From Pirellulales bacterium (lineage in GTDB: Bacteria; Planctomycetota; Planctomycetia; Pirellulales; PALSA-1355), in NCBI GenBank assembly GCA_963733035.1, contig CAVTBU010000006.1:928001-992000 (forward strand): DNA of 64,000 nt, given 5' to 3'. A model generated the notes under the pieces. It was not told where the DNA came from and did no database searches. It worked only from the letters and a program-made list of their open reading frames with translations. A program made the translations under genes and the position numbers. Positions 10,476-18,502 of the stretch are shown piece by piece; positions within the stretch are counted from its first letter, which is position 1; each line of letters starts with the position of its first letter.

Positions 10476-10667
10476 CTTTGCAGGACGGCATGCCGCGCTT
10501 CGGCGACGCGGTTGGTGCTCGTGGGCGATAGCACGCGGTCTGCTCGCGGATTGATATTGCTCGATTTGGCGCGAGCGGATTGAATGGGCCGCTGGATGGG
10601 CACAAGCCGAGGTGCTGGCGCTCGAATCGGCGAAATCGCTCCCGCATACTTGAAAGGTGAACTGGCA

Positions 10668-11177
10668 ATGAGCATTCGACTATCACGCCTGGCGACGGGT
10701 ATGTTGGCTCTCGCGGCAATCGTACTGATGGCGGACCGCTGCTGGGCGATACGCCAGGGGCTGGGTCCCTCGCGAGACGAATGGCAGTTGAAGTACGACG
10801 TGACGGTGGAAGACGCCGACAGCGAAACGCTGACCGTCGTGTTTACGCTGGCCGATGAAGGGAGACTGAAACCCATCTACTCGATCGACGCGGTTGCCTT
10901 CAGCAAGCAGACCGACCGCCAGGGCGGCCGCTCGTATGACTTGAACGAGCCGATCAAGTTGCAGCCGACCAAAGACGGCGAGCGCACCGGACGGGTGCAG
11001 ATTCCCAAGCGACTGATCGACCGCGCCAAGATCCGAATCATCACCCTGACGCTCGACGGGAAGCGGCAACCGTCTGGCGGCGTGTTCTACGACATTCCGA
11101 TCGCCAAGTACCTGCACAAAACGCCGGGGGCAGGTTCTCCGCTGGCCTCGCCGCCGCGAGCGAAGATCACCAAGTAG
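10668..11177 (+). CDS. Secreted hypothetical protein (paralog of 27680..28192)
   Basis: Signal peptide; shared LGPSxDEWxLKY..FTLxDEGRLKPI..YDIP motifs. Confidence 0.8.
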   Translation: MSIRLSRLATGMLALAAIVLMADRCWAIRQGLGPSRDEWQLKYDVTVEDADSETLTVVFTLADEGRLKPIYSIDAVAFSKQTDRQGGRSYDLNEPIKLQPTKDGERTGRVQIPKRLIDRAKIRIITLTLDGKRQPSGGVFYDIPIAKYLHKTPGAGSPLASPPRAKITK

Positions 11178-11245
11178 GCCGCAGCGCGTGCTCGACGCGT
11201 CTCGAAGCTCCGTCTCGTATACACTAGCGGGAGGAGGTTTCGACG

Positions 11246-12051
11246 ATGCGCAACTGGATTCTGGCGGCGGGGGTGTTGGCGGGCGCGATCGCGGCCGGTG
11301 CGCTGGCCGACGACGCTCGCAAGACCGTGACGCTCGAAGTCTATCTGCCCGAGGGCGCGCGGCTGTTGATCGAGGGTTACCAGACGAAGTCGACCGGCAC
11401 GATGCGGCGCTTTGTCTCGGGGCCGCTGCCGCCGGGCAAGTACACCTACACCGTGACGGCGATCGTGGCCGGCCCCGGCGGGCCGCAGGCGGTCACGCGG
11501 CGGATCGACGTGCGGCCGGGGGATTTTGAATCGATCGACCTCCGCCCGCCGGGGGAGCGGCCGATCGCCGACGTCGAGTATGAGCCAACGCCGCAAAAGG
11601 TGGTCGACGCGCTGCTGCGGCTGGCGAAGGTCAACAGCCAGGACGTGTTGTGGGACCTCGGCAGCGGCGACGGGCGGATTCCGGTGACGGCGGCCGAGCA
11701 GTATGGCTGCCAGGCGCGCGGATTCGATATCGACCCGGAGCTGGTTGAAGCGTCGCGCGCAGCGCGCGAGAGCACGGCGTGGAGCGGCTGGCGACGTTCG
11801 AAAAGCGCGACATTTTCACGCTCGACCTGCGCCGGGGGCCGAGCGTCGTGGTGCTCTACCTGCTGCCGCACCTCAACGCCCGGCTGCTCCCGCAGCTTCG
11901 CCAGTTGCCGGCGGGCGCGCGCGTCGTTTCGGTGGCGCATCGGATGGCCGACATCTCGCCCGACGAGCAGATGGTGGTCGAAACGGAGCAGGGGGAGTTC
12001 GACGTGTACTTGTGGAAGGCCGAGACGCTGCGCGGCGGTTGCCGGGATTAG
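11246..12051 (+). CDS. Signal peptide + TIGR03000-like planctomycete domain + class I SAM methyltransferase; frameshift near 11770
   Basis: GGAGG RBS; V.LPEGA.L.IEG..T..TG..R.F...L.PGKYTY domain; YEPTP..VV, DLGSGDGRI, DIDPELV; continues in 11779..12051 frame (VVVLYLLP.LN). Confidence 0.8.
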
Positions 12052-12140
12052 CAGCCGCGGCGATAGCCCCTTGTGTCGCTCGGCAAGTTTGTCGCGGGCT
12101 GACGGCGCGAAGCGTGCCACTTTGCGACGGGCCTCAGGAG

Positions 12141-12713
12141 TCAGGCCTCGCGCCTCACCTCGTAGCACAGCTCGACCATGCCGTTCTGGTAGGCTTTGAC
12201 TTCTGCCAGGTGCAGGGGGATGTCTCGGGCGAGCTTGTCGAAGAAGGGGATGCCCTGGCCGATGAGGATCGGCACGATCGAATAGCGGATCTCGTCGGCC
12301 AGCCCGAGCCGCAGGCAAGCGGCGCAGACGGCGCCGCCTCCGACGAACCAGATGCTGCGGAACGCGGGGCGCAGCTGCCGCCCGACGAACCCGGCAAGAT
12401 CGCCGGAGTGGAACTGAACGGTATCGCGCACTCGCGGCAGCTGACGGGTGGTGAGGACGAAGACCGGCTTGTCGCCGTAGGCCCAGCCGTGCCCCTGGGC
12501 CTCGAAACCGAGCGCGGTTTCGTAGGTGCGCGAGCCCATCACGTAGCAGTCGATCGACTGGAGGAACGCTTCGACGAATCCTGGATCCATGGTGTCGCCG
12601 GCGGGGAATTCGTCGGCGGTCTCGAGCCAGTCGACGCCGCCGCCGGGGCGAGCGACGTAGCCGTCGAGGCTGGCCACCATGTGGATGGTTACGCGCGAAT
12701 CGTCGATGGCCAT
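12141..12713 (-). CDS. Dihydrofolate reductase family (RibD C-terminal-like) protein
   Basis: ASLDGYVA, VMGSRTYE, IWFVGGG, PILIGQGIPFF. Confidence 0.88.
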   Translation of the reverse strand: MAIDDSRVTIHMVASLDGYVARPGGGVDWLETADEFPAGDTMDPGFVEAFLQSIDCYVMGSRTYETALGFEAQGHGWAYGDKPVFVLTTRQLPRVRDTVQFHSGDLAGFVGRQLRPAFRSIWFVGGGAVCAACLRLGLADEIRYSIVPILIGQGIPFFDKLARDIPLHLAEVKAYQNGMVELCYEVRREA

Positions 12714-12884
12714 GGAGTTGCCTTTACGTCATGCATCGATGCCAGCGGCGTTGGGTCGAGAAAGGGGTTGGAGGATCTCGGCGATTGGCAGGGGGTCGGG
12801 AAGCACCAGCGCGATCGGCGCCAGTCGAGCTTCGCGCCGATCGGCATCGCGGCCAGCTTTCGGACCGAAGAATTGTCGCACGTC

Positions 12885-13613
12885 TCACGCCTCAACCGGG
12901 AGGTCGGCGTTGTGGTAGACGTCTTGCACGTCGTCGCAGTCGTTCAGCATGGTGATGAACTTCTGGAACATCGGGAGGTCTTCCTGGCTGACGGCTTTGG
13001 TGGTTTGCGGGAGGAAGGTGATTTCCTGGACCTCGAGCTCCACGGTCGGAAACGCTTCGAGCAGGGCGGTTTTGGCTTTGTAGAACTCGGCCGGGGGGGC
13101 GAAGACGGTGAGCTGGCCGTTCTTGTGCTCGATCTCCTCGATGTCGACGTCGGCATCGAGCAGCGCTTCGAGCACCTGCTCCTCGTTGTCGCCCTTGAAC
13201 GACAGGACCGCCACCTGGTCGAACATGTGGGCGACCGAACCGGTGGCCCCCAGCTTGGAGCCGGTCTTGGTGAAGCAGGTGCGGACGTCGGTGATGGTGC
13301 GCTGGGCGTTGTCGGTCAGGCAATCGACGATGACCAGCGAGCCGCCGGGACCAAAACCCTCGTAGCGGGCCGGCACGTAGTCCGCGCCGCCGGCCCCTTT
13401 GGCTTTTTCGATTGCCTTTTCGATGACATGGGCCGGCACCTGCTCGCTCTTGGCCTTGTCGATGAGGGCCTTGAGCACGGGATTGGCCTCGGGGTCGGGC
13501 ACGCCGCTTTTGGCGGCCACGTACAGCTTGGTGCCGTACTTGGAATAGAGCTTCGATTTTTGAGCGGCCGTCTTGAAGATCGCGTGTTTGCGATTCTCGA
13601 AACTTCGTCCCAT
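12885..13613 (-). CDS. yebC: YebC/PmpR family protein
   Basis: [32 protein letters not shown]. Confidence 0.95.
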   Translation of the reverse strand: MGRSFENRKHAIFKTAAQKSKLYSKYGTKLYVAAKSGVPDPEANPVLKALIDKAKSEQVPAHVIEKAIEKAKGAGGADYVPARYEGFGPGGSLVIVDCLTDNAQRTITDVRTCFTKTGSKLGATGSVAHMFDQVAVLSFKGDNEEQVLEALLDADVDIEEIEHKNGQLTVFAPPAEFYKAKTALLEAFPTVELEVQEITFLPQTTKAVSQEDLPMFQKFITMLNDCDDVQDVYHNADLPVEA

Positions 13614-13789
13614 GGCAGTCGATTCTTGGTCTGGAAAGCTGGTGGCGTGAAGCCCTGCAAGGTAGCACGGCGGGGGCGATTTTTCCAGGCGGGGGTGGGA
13701 GGGGGTGGTGTCCCAACAGTGCGTTGCTGGCCGGTGGGAACCCGAAAAGCCGCCCCTCGGGTTGGGAGGGGTGAGTCATGAATAGGGAG

Positions 13790-14635
13790 TCAGGGAAACT
13801 CAGGCGCGAAACTCTCAACAATATTGCGAACGTGTGCGGCAATCTTTCCAAGTGTCGAGATGACTGGGAGTCGTTCTACTGCGCTGCACCCATGTCCGAA
13901 TTGCACCTCCGGCAGCACGTGAATTTGCACCTGCACGTCCTCTGGAGAAGCGGCGTCAATCTCGGCGACCTGAGTGCCATTATCAAGGGGGCGACCGCTG
14001 AAAAGTTTGGTGGTAGGCGCAGACATGACCCGAAATCGTCTGCCGCCGATTACATGGGTTCCTACTGGGCCCTTCAAGATGGCAGTATTTGCACGGACAG
14101 CAATGGCAAAGAGGACGAGGAGTCTGTGCTTGTCGGTGTTGTTGAGCGAATGAAGAAGCCACAGCAGGTTTTGCCGGTTTCCGTTTCCGCGCTTATATGG
14201 CTGCAATCTCTCAATAGGTGCTACAAATCGACCAAGCGGCTTGATCCTCGCGGTGTTTCTGTCAAATCTGTTTTTTCGTTTTGTACTGTGAGGGCCACGA
14301 AGAAAGATCGGGAACATGACTTGACCACAAATACCTTCGATGTCTCCGTGCCCAGCATTGAGGCAAGCCAGTTGGCAGGCTAAGCCGTCGAGGGTGGATC
14401 GCAGATTATGGGCGATCATCCCGGCGAGAATTGCGAAATCGGGCGGGATGGATGGAACATCTCGAAGTATAGCGTCGCACTTTCCTGTCTGGATATTCTG
14501 CTCGATGGAGACTCTGTGAGGGCGTTCCTTGAAGAATCGCTTGACGCCACTTTCGAGCGTTTGGATGTAGTCTTCTGTGACGCGAATTCTAGCCAAGGGG
14601 CCGTCCAATGAGGGTGTCACGGGTGTTGGTGTCAT
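13790..14635 (-). CDS. Hypothetical protein with HNLRSxLD and LNNxDKHR motifs (HEPN-like by inference)
   Basis: 281-aa ORF; lower GC; motifs AHNLRSTLD, FPI, LQPY, LHSLNNTDKHR; downstream hairpin aacccga..tcgggtt near 13740-13762. Confidence 0.7.
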   Translation of the reverse strand: MTPTPVTPSLDGPLARIRVTEDYIQTLESGVKRFFKERPHRVSIEQNIQTGKCDAILRDVPSIPPDFAILAGMIAHNLRSTLDGLACQLACLNAGHGDIEGICGQVMFPIFLRGPHSTKRKNRFDRNTARIKPLGRFVAPIERLQPYKRGNGNRQNLLWLLHSLNNTDKHRLLVLFAIAVRANTAILKGPVGTHVIGGRRFRVMSAPTTKLFSGRPLDNGTQVAEIDAASPEDVQVQIHVLPEVQFGHGCSAVERLPVISTLGKIAAHVRNIVESFAPEFP

Positions 14636-14706
14636 TTACTTCGCCCCGCGCACGCAGTTGGCACAGGAGTTTCGGGTCTCACCTGATGGGAGCTCGACGA
14701 CAGCAG

Positions 14707-15246
14707 CTATATGGACGGGGTTAGCTTCGCAATAGCCTTCCCAACGTCAATGTCCCATTTCGGTCGCTCGTTGAGGATGAGATCATGAACCACGCGGATC
14801 AGAAGACTAATGCCGTGGTTTATTCCACGCTTTACTCGCCATTTTTTCTTCAGATGGCCCTCGTAGCTATAGCGTGCATCAACAAACAGGTCCTCCGCTC
14901 GTTTAAGGATCGTTTTAATATCAAGCCTATAGCCCAGGCGCTGCGTCACGCGGTACAAGTCGTCATTAAGGACCTTCTCAGCGAGCATTCCTTTAATCTG
15001 CTTCTTGTCAGCCTTATCCATGCCCTTCCAGGAGAGTTGTATTTGGTGTCCGTACGCCGATCCCTTTCGCCCTCGAAGCTCGTGCAGGCACTTAAAGTGA
15101 AGCTCCAAGGCAAAGGCCTCTAGTGAGTATGCAAGTGACTTATAGCCGTTTCTGCCAAGTAGCGCAGCGGTCTTCCAGCTAAATGTGGCGTCAACAAAGA
15201 CGTCGAATGGTTTTGGTTGCTTCTTTTTAGCCTTTTTCTTTGCCAT
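14707..15246 (-). CDS. HEPN-like hypothetical protein
   Basis: AFALELHFKCL..GHQI..ARYSYE pattern typical of HEPN folds; lower GC; start MAKKKAKK after GAGG. Confidence 0.65.
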   Translation of the reverse strand: MAKKKAKKKQPKPFDVFVDATFSWKTAALLGRNGYKSLAYSLEAFALELHFKCLHELRGRKGSAYGHQIQLSWKGMDKADKKQIKGMLAEKVLNDDLYRVTQRLGYRLDIKTILKRAEDLFVDARYSYEGHLKKKWRVKRGINHGISLLIRVVHDLILNERPKWDIDVGKAIAKLTPSI

Positions 15247-15334
15247 TCGAACCGATCCTCTGATTGCTTTGTCAAAACCTTGCGCGGACCAAACCTGCAA
15301 GTGTCCCGACAGTTTGTCGTCGTGAAAAGCCGGG

Positions 15335-15577
15335 CTATGCCTGAGGTGGTTGACCGTCCAGCTCGGCCGGGCGTCGGTAGAGCGCCGCGAAGTCCGGCGT
15401 TCTGGTGCCCTGCCGATTCACCAACACGCTCATCCACTGAAACTGCTCACGCGCCTTTCGGCGTTTCAGGAAAGCCTCGCGGTTCCGTTTCAATTCCTCT
15501 GGCGTAGCGCGGCGACCAGCGCGCAGCTCGTGGGCTCGCACTAGGGACTCCCATGCTTTTCGATCACCCTCGTTCAT
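15335..15577 (-). CDS. Small basic hypothetical protein (80 aa), leaderless cassette 7
   Basis: ATG 8 nt after TAGAAT of repeat unit 1; MNEGDRKAWESLV.. Confidence 0.55.
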   Translation of the reverse strand: MNEGDRKAWESLVRAHELRAGRRATPEELKRNREAFLKRRKAREQFQWMSVLVNRQGTRTPDFAALYRRPAELDGQPPQA

Positions 15578-15624
15578 GCCAGCCGATTCTACCGCGGGTT
15601 GTGGCCTAGGAGCGAGTTGGTCGG
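15575..15624 (-). repeat. Cassette repeat unit 1 (hairpin deleted)
   Basis: Minus strand ccgaccaactcgctcctaggccacaacccgcggTAGAATcggctggcATG. Confidence 0.85.
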
Positions 15625-15633
15625 CTGGATAGG

Positions 15634-15945
15634 TCAACGCCACCAAACATTCAAGACCCAAAGCGAAAGGCCGTTCAAAATAATCGCGAAGAATATCACG
15701 GCCAGTGACTGCTGGCGTTTAAGCCGAATGCCAGCTGCGATAAAGGGAACTTGGACGAGGATGAATACTGCCCCTCCCCAGAGACCAACCCCCAGCGGCC
15801 GCCTGGTCAGATTTGCCGCGACCAAGTACCACATGAGTCCTATGCAGGCTGCAAGCACGACACTGCCCAGCAATAGGTTCCTTGGCGAGAGCGACCACGG
15901 TGTCTCATCGCCTGGGGCCGGTGACCGATATGGATTGTCGCTCAT
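15634..15945 (-). CDS. Small membrane protein (about 3 TM) with N-terminal NPYRSP motif, cassette 6
   Basis: MSDNPYRSP..; hydrophobic stretches; ATG 6 nt after TAGAAT. Confidence 0.8.
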   Translation of the reverse strand: MSDNPYRSPAPGDETPWSLSPRNLLLGSVVLAACIGLMWYLVAANLTRRPLGVGLWGGAVFILVQVPFIAAGIRLKRQQSLAVIFFAIILNGLSLWVLNVWWR

Positions 15946-15971
15946 GCCCCCATTCTACTGCGTGCCCTAGG
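15943..15971 (-). repeat. Cassette repeat unit 2 (promoter part only)
   Basis: Minus strand cctagggcacgcagTAGAATgggggcATG; its CCTAGG supplies the upstream stop codon. Confidence 0.8.
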
Positions 15972-16188
15972 ACTGTGGTGGTCGTGTGAATTGATCCGCG
16001 TTGAGGCGAGCCCAAATACCAAAGCCCAAGACCGCACCCGCCACAAAGCAACTGCCCAATAAGAGCAAGCCGCCGAGAAACCGCAGCTCGAACGCTGCCC
16101 AGACAGCCGCGAGCATCGCGAGACCGATTGCAATTGCTCGGCGGGCCGCCCGCCTAACTCGATCTTCGCTCAAGTCGCTGGTTCTCAT
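15967..16188 (-). CDS. Small 2-TM membrane protein (73 aa), cassette 5
   Basis: MRTSDLSEDRVRR..; two hydrophobic segments; ATG 6 nt after TAGAAT. Confidence 0.75.
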   Translation of the reverse strand: MRTSDLSEDRVRRAARRAIAIGLAMLAAVWAAFELRFLGGLLLLGSCFVAGAVLGFGIWARLNADQFTRPPQS

Positions 16189-16265
16189 GCCCCCATTCTA
16201 CCGCGCATGAAAAAGCCCCGGCAGGGACGGGGCGGTTGTGGGTATCCTAGGAGTGAGTTGGTCGG
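16186..16265 (-). repeat. Cassette repeat unit 3 (full length: conserved head, terminator-like hairpin, -10 box, ATG)
   Basis: Minus strand ccgaccaactcactcctaggatacccacaaccgccccgtccctgccggggctttttcatgcgcggTAGAATgggggcATG. Confidence 0.92.
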
Positions 16266-16280
16266 GGGGCGGGCGCCGTC

Positions 16281-16400
16281 TCACGGTCGTCGGCCGCGAG
16301 TGGAGACGGCAACTAGGAGCACGATCCCGATAACCGCTGCCACGAGTAGGGCTATCGCGCCTCCGCCGATATTGCCCGATGCTGATCCAAATTCGTACAT
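16281..16400 (-). CDS. 39-aa single-TM micro-protein MYEFGSASGNIGGGAIALLVAAVIGIVLLVAVSTRGRRP, cassette 4 (absent from the ORF track)
   Basis: Fills the space between repeat units 4 and 3; ATG 6 nt after TAGAAT; TM helix followed by basic residues. Confidence 0.75.
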   Translation of the reverse strand: MYEFGSASGNIGGGAIALLVAAVIGIVLLVAVSTRGRRP

Positions 16401-16441
16401 GCCCCCATTCTACCGCGCATGAAAAAGCCCCGGCACGGGGC
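16398..16441 (-). repeat. Cassette repeat unit 4 (hairpin + promoter)
   Basis: Minus strand gccccgtgccggggctttttcatgcgcggTAGAATgggggcATG. Confidence 0.9.
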
Positions 16442-16455
16442 CGGTGGACAGTGGC

Positions 16456-16758
16456 TTAAGAGGATGGTGGTCGGGGGCGGGAATGGGGAAAGTCGGCCTG
16501 CGACCGCAATCGACTGGCAAGGCGGATGAACCCCCATGCTCCTCCGCCGAAGATTGCCGACAAAAGCAGGCCGATAAAGAGGTGCTGGATACCGCTGAGA
16601 ATCGACCAGCGAATCGCAGCGACGATAAAAATGGCACTGGCCAATCCGAATGGGATCGCGACCAGGTAAAGCAGCAAGGCAATTGCCCACCTCCACGCGG
16701 GTACGGGCTGCCGTTCAACCGTGCTCGGTGGGCGGTATGGGTTTTCGGGGTCACTCAT
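16456..16758 (-). CDS. Small 2-TM membrane protein with NPYRPP motif, cassette 3
   Basis: MSDPENPYRPP..; hydrophobic segments; ATG 6 nt after TAGAAT. Confidence 0.8.
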   Translation of the reverse strand: MSDPENPYRPPSTVERQPVPAWRWAIALLLYLVAIPFGLASAIFIVAAIRWSILSGIQHLFIGLLLSAIFGGGAWGFIRLASRLRSQADFPHSRPRPPSS

Positions 16759-16836
16759 GCTGCCATTCTACCGCGCATGAAAACGCCCCGTTAGCGACGG
16801 GGCAGTTATGGGTGTCCTAAGGAATGAGTTGGTCGG
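16756..16836 (-). repeat. Cassette repeat unit 5 (full length)
   Basis: Minus strand ccgaccaactcattccttaggacacccataactgccccgtcgctaacggggcgttttcatgcgcggTAGAATggcagcATG. Confidence 0.92.
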
Positions 16837-16841
16837 ACTCG

Positions 16842-17180
16842 TCAATAGTCGGCGACCCAATTCTGATAGGTTCCAAGGCCAGTTCCCGCACTGCGAATTA
16901 GCTTACAGGAACGTGGGGCATCATGGCGGTGGACCGCGACGTAATAGACCACCGAGCCTTCGTATCCGCATTCAATCCCGTGGGCCTCTAGCAATTCCCT
17001 CATTGCCTTTGCCGTACCGGGATCGCCGACCGCGGCGATATCCACCCACTCCATGGCAGCTGAGTATCTCAACCACCCCCCGATGCAAATGGCTGAGATC
17101 GTGACGACCACGAACAGCGCCGATAGCGACCAGCGGTACCGGAAGCGCTTCGGGGTGGGAGTGGGGTCTGCTTCGTTCAC
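16842..17180 (-). CDS. Membrane-anchored protein with DUF2007-like domain, cassette 2 (coupled to cassette 1)
   Basis: GTG overlaps the upstream TGA (GTGA); RFRYRWSLSALFVVVT anchor; A.AMRELLEAHGIEC..V.V..D pattern. Confidence 0.7.
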   Translation of the reverse strand: MNEADPTPTPKRFRYRWSLSALFVVVTISAICIGGWLRYSAAMEWVDIAAVGDPGTAKAMRELLEAHGIECGYEGSVVYYVAVHRHDAPRSCKLIRSAGTGLGTYQNWVADY

Positions 17181-17461
17181 TTATCTGTCCTCTGGCGAGT
17201 TCCAACAAACCAAGCAAAGATGGCGATTACAAGTCCGCTTCTCCAGATGACGCCGATAATCGCGCCGCTGGCGGCTGTCCATCTCTTGCGTGCAATCTCG
17301 GCTTCAAATCCAACGTAGCCAAACCAGCAGTTGAGCGCAAGGACAACAAGGACCAGGGCAAAGACTCCCAATCCAAAGCGAGGCGAGCGCGATTTCTCGG
17401 CCAGCCTCCGGCACATTAGGCCCGCGGCTACGAACGGGAGCATGACTAGTATTTCGGTCAT
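17177..17461 (-). CDS. Small membrane protein (about 3 TM), cassette 1
   Basis: MTEILVMLPF..; hydrophobic; ATG 6 nt after TAGAAT. Confidence 0.75.
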   Translation of the reverse strand: MTEILVMLPFVAAGLMCRRLAEKSRSPRFGLGVFALVLVVLALNCWFGYVGFEAEIARKRWTAASGAIIGVIWRSGLVIAIFAWFVGTRQRTDK

Positions 17462-17508
17462 GCCCCCATTCTACCGCGCATGAAAAAGCCCCGGCAGAGG
17501 ACACGGGC
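17459..17508 (-). repeat. Cassette repeat unit 6
   Basis: Minus strand gcccgtgtcctctgccggggctttttcatgcgcggTAGAATgggggcATG. Confidence 0.9.
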
Positions 17509-17632
17509 TCGCCGGACTGACCCGCGCGGATTCTCGCGTACCGCCCAACACATCGTGGTCGCGCGGGGCGGGGCCCGTGCGCGGAGCTCGCGGCGGACGA
17601 TTCGCTCGCGTTCCGGAAAAAAATCGGCGAAT

Positions 17633-17669
17633 ATATATTGACGAACATCAATATAGATGATAATCTATA
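17633..17669 (+). promoter_or_regulatory. Sigma70-type leaderless promoter of the ArsR gene with overlapping operator palindromes
   Basis: TTGACG (17638) -17 nt- TAATCT (17661), ATG 6 nt later; inverted repeats TATATTGA-n6-TCAATATA and TATAGAT-n4-ATCTATA. Confidence 0.75.
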
Positions 17670-17672
17670 TAC

Positions 17673-18014
17673 ATGCTTCAACTGGACGATGCTTTTGCCG
17701 CGCTGGCCGATCCGACTCGTCGGGGGATTGTGCTGCATCTGGCCCGCGGGGAGGCGACGGTTTCGGAGCTGGTCGATCAGTTTGATTTGACGCAGCCGAC
17801 GATTTCGTCGCACTTGAAGGTGCTCGAATCGGCGGGGCTGATTTCGCGGGGGCGAGTGGCCCAGACGCGGCCTTGCAAGCTGGTGCCCGAGCGGTTGAAG
17901 ACGGTGACCGACTGGCTGGAGCAGGTGCAGAAGATTTGGGAAGGCAATTACAAGCGGCTCGACGCCTTGCTGCTGGAACTCAAGCGCGCACAGAAAAAGG
18001 AACGAAAGAAATGA
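17673..18014 (+). CDS. ArsR/SmtB family transcriptional regulator
   Basis: FAALADPTRR..SHLKVLE.AGLI.R.R.AQ.RPC. Confidence 0.93.
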   Translation: MLQLDDAFAALADPTRRGIVLHLARGEATVSELVDQFDLTQPTISSHLKVLESAGLISRGRVAQTRPCKLVPERLKTVTDWLEQVQKIWEGNYKRLDALLLELKRAQKKERKK

Positions 18015-18499
18015 AGCCCGCGGAAGTGACCACCCCGAGCGACACCGAAGTGCTGGTTCGCCGCAGCTTCGACGCGGCGGCCGAACTCGTGTGGCGAACG
18101 TACACCGAACCGGACTTGCTGCGGCGGTGGATGCTGGGGCCGCCGGGCTGGACGATGCCGGTGTGCGAAATGGACGTGCGCGTGGGGGGCAAGTATCGCT
18201 GGCGGTGGCGCAGCGACGAAGACGGCCAGGAGTTTGGTTTTTACGGCGAGTTTCAGGAGGTCGCTTTGCACCAGCGGCTGACGCAGACGCAATCGTTCGA
18301 CCCGGGCGACATCGGCGGCTCGATGGGCGAGGGAGCAACCGTGGTCACGGCCACATTTGAAGAGCGCGACGGGGTGACCCTGGTAAGCACGTCGATCCGG
18401 TACGCCTCGAAAGCCGACCGCGACGCGGCGCTTGCCACCGGCATGACCGAGGGCATGGAAATGAGCTACCAGCAGCTCGACGCGGTTCTGGCGAGCTAG
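18011..18499 (+). CDS. SRPBCC (AHA1-like START) domain protein
   Basis: RSFDA..LVW..T.PDLLRRW..CEMDVRVGG.YR; ATGA overlap with the ArsR gene. Confidence 0.9.
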   Translation: MKPAEVTTPSDTEVLVRRSFDAAAELVWRTYTEPDLLRRWMLGPPGWTMPVCEMDVRVGGKYRWRWRSDEDGQEFGFYGEFQEVALHQRLTQTQSFDPGDIGGSMGEGATVVTATFEERDGVTLVSTSIRYASKADRDAALATGMTEGMEMSYQQLDAVLAS

Positions 18500-18502
18500 G
18501 AA

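Noticed and set aside
11703..13781. 692-aa plus-strand ORF and similar long antisense ORFs (21539..22864, 45257..46834, 52965..54221)
   Set aside because: Antisense shadows of real GC-rich genes, with no recognisable motifs
16246..16265. Repeat head ccgaccaac read as the Rhs PTNxxDPxG junction (orphan toxin/immunity array)
   Set aside because: No DPxG codons follow, no toxin C-terminal ORFs, and no Rhs gene in the window
15575..17508. CRISPR array
   Set aside because: Intervening segments are about 130-620 bp, variable and protein-coding; repeats vary in length; no cas genes in the window
15575..17508. Classical integron attC cassette array
   Set aside because: No clear RYYYAAC..GTTRRRY complementary ends, no intI in the window, and each cassette has its own promoter; IntegronFinder would settle it
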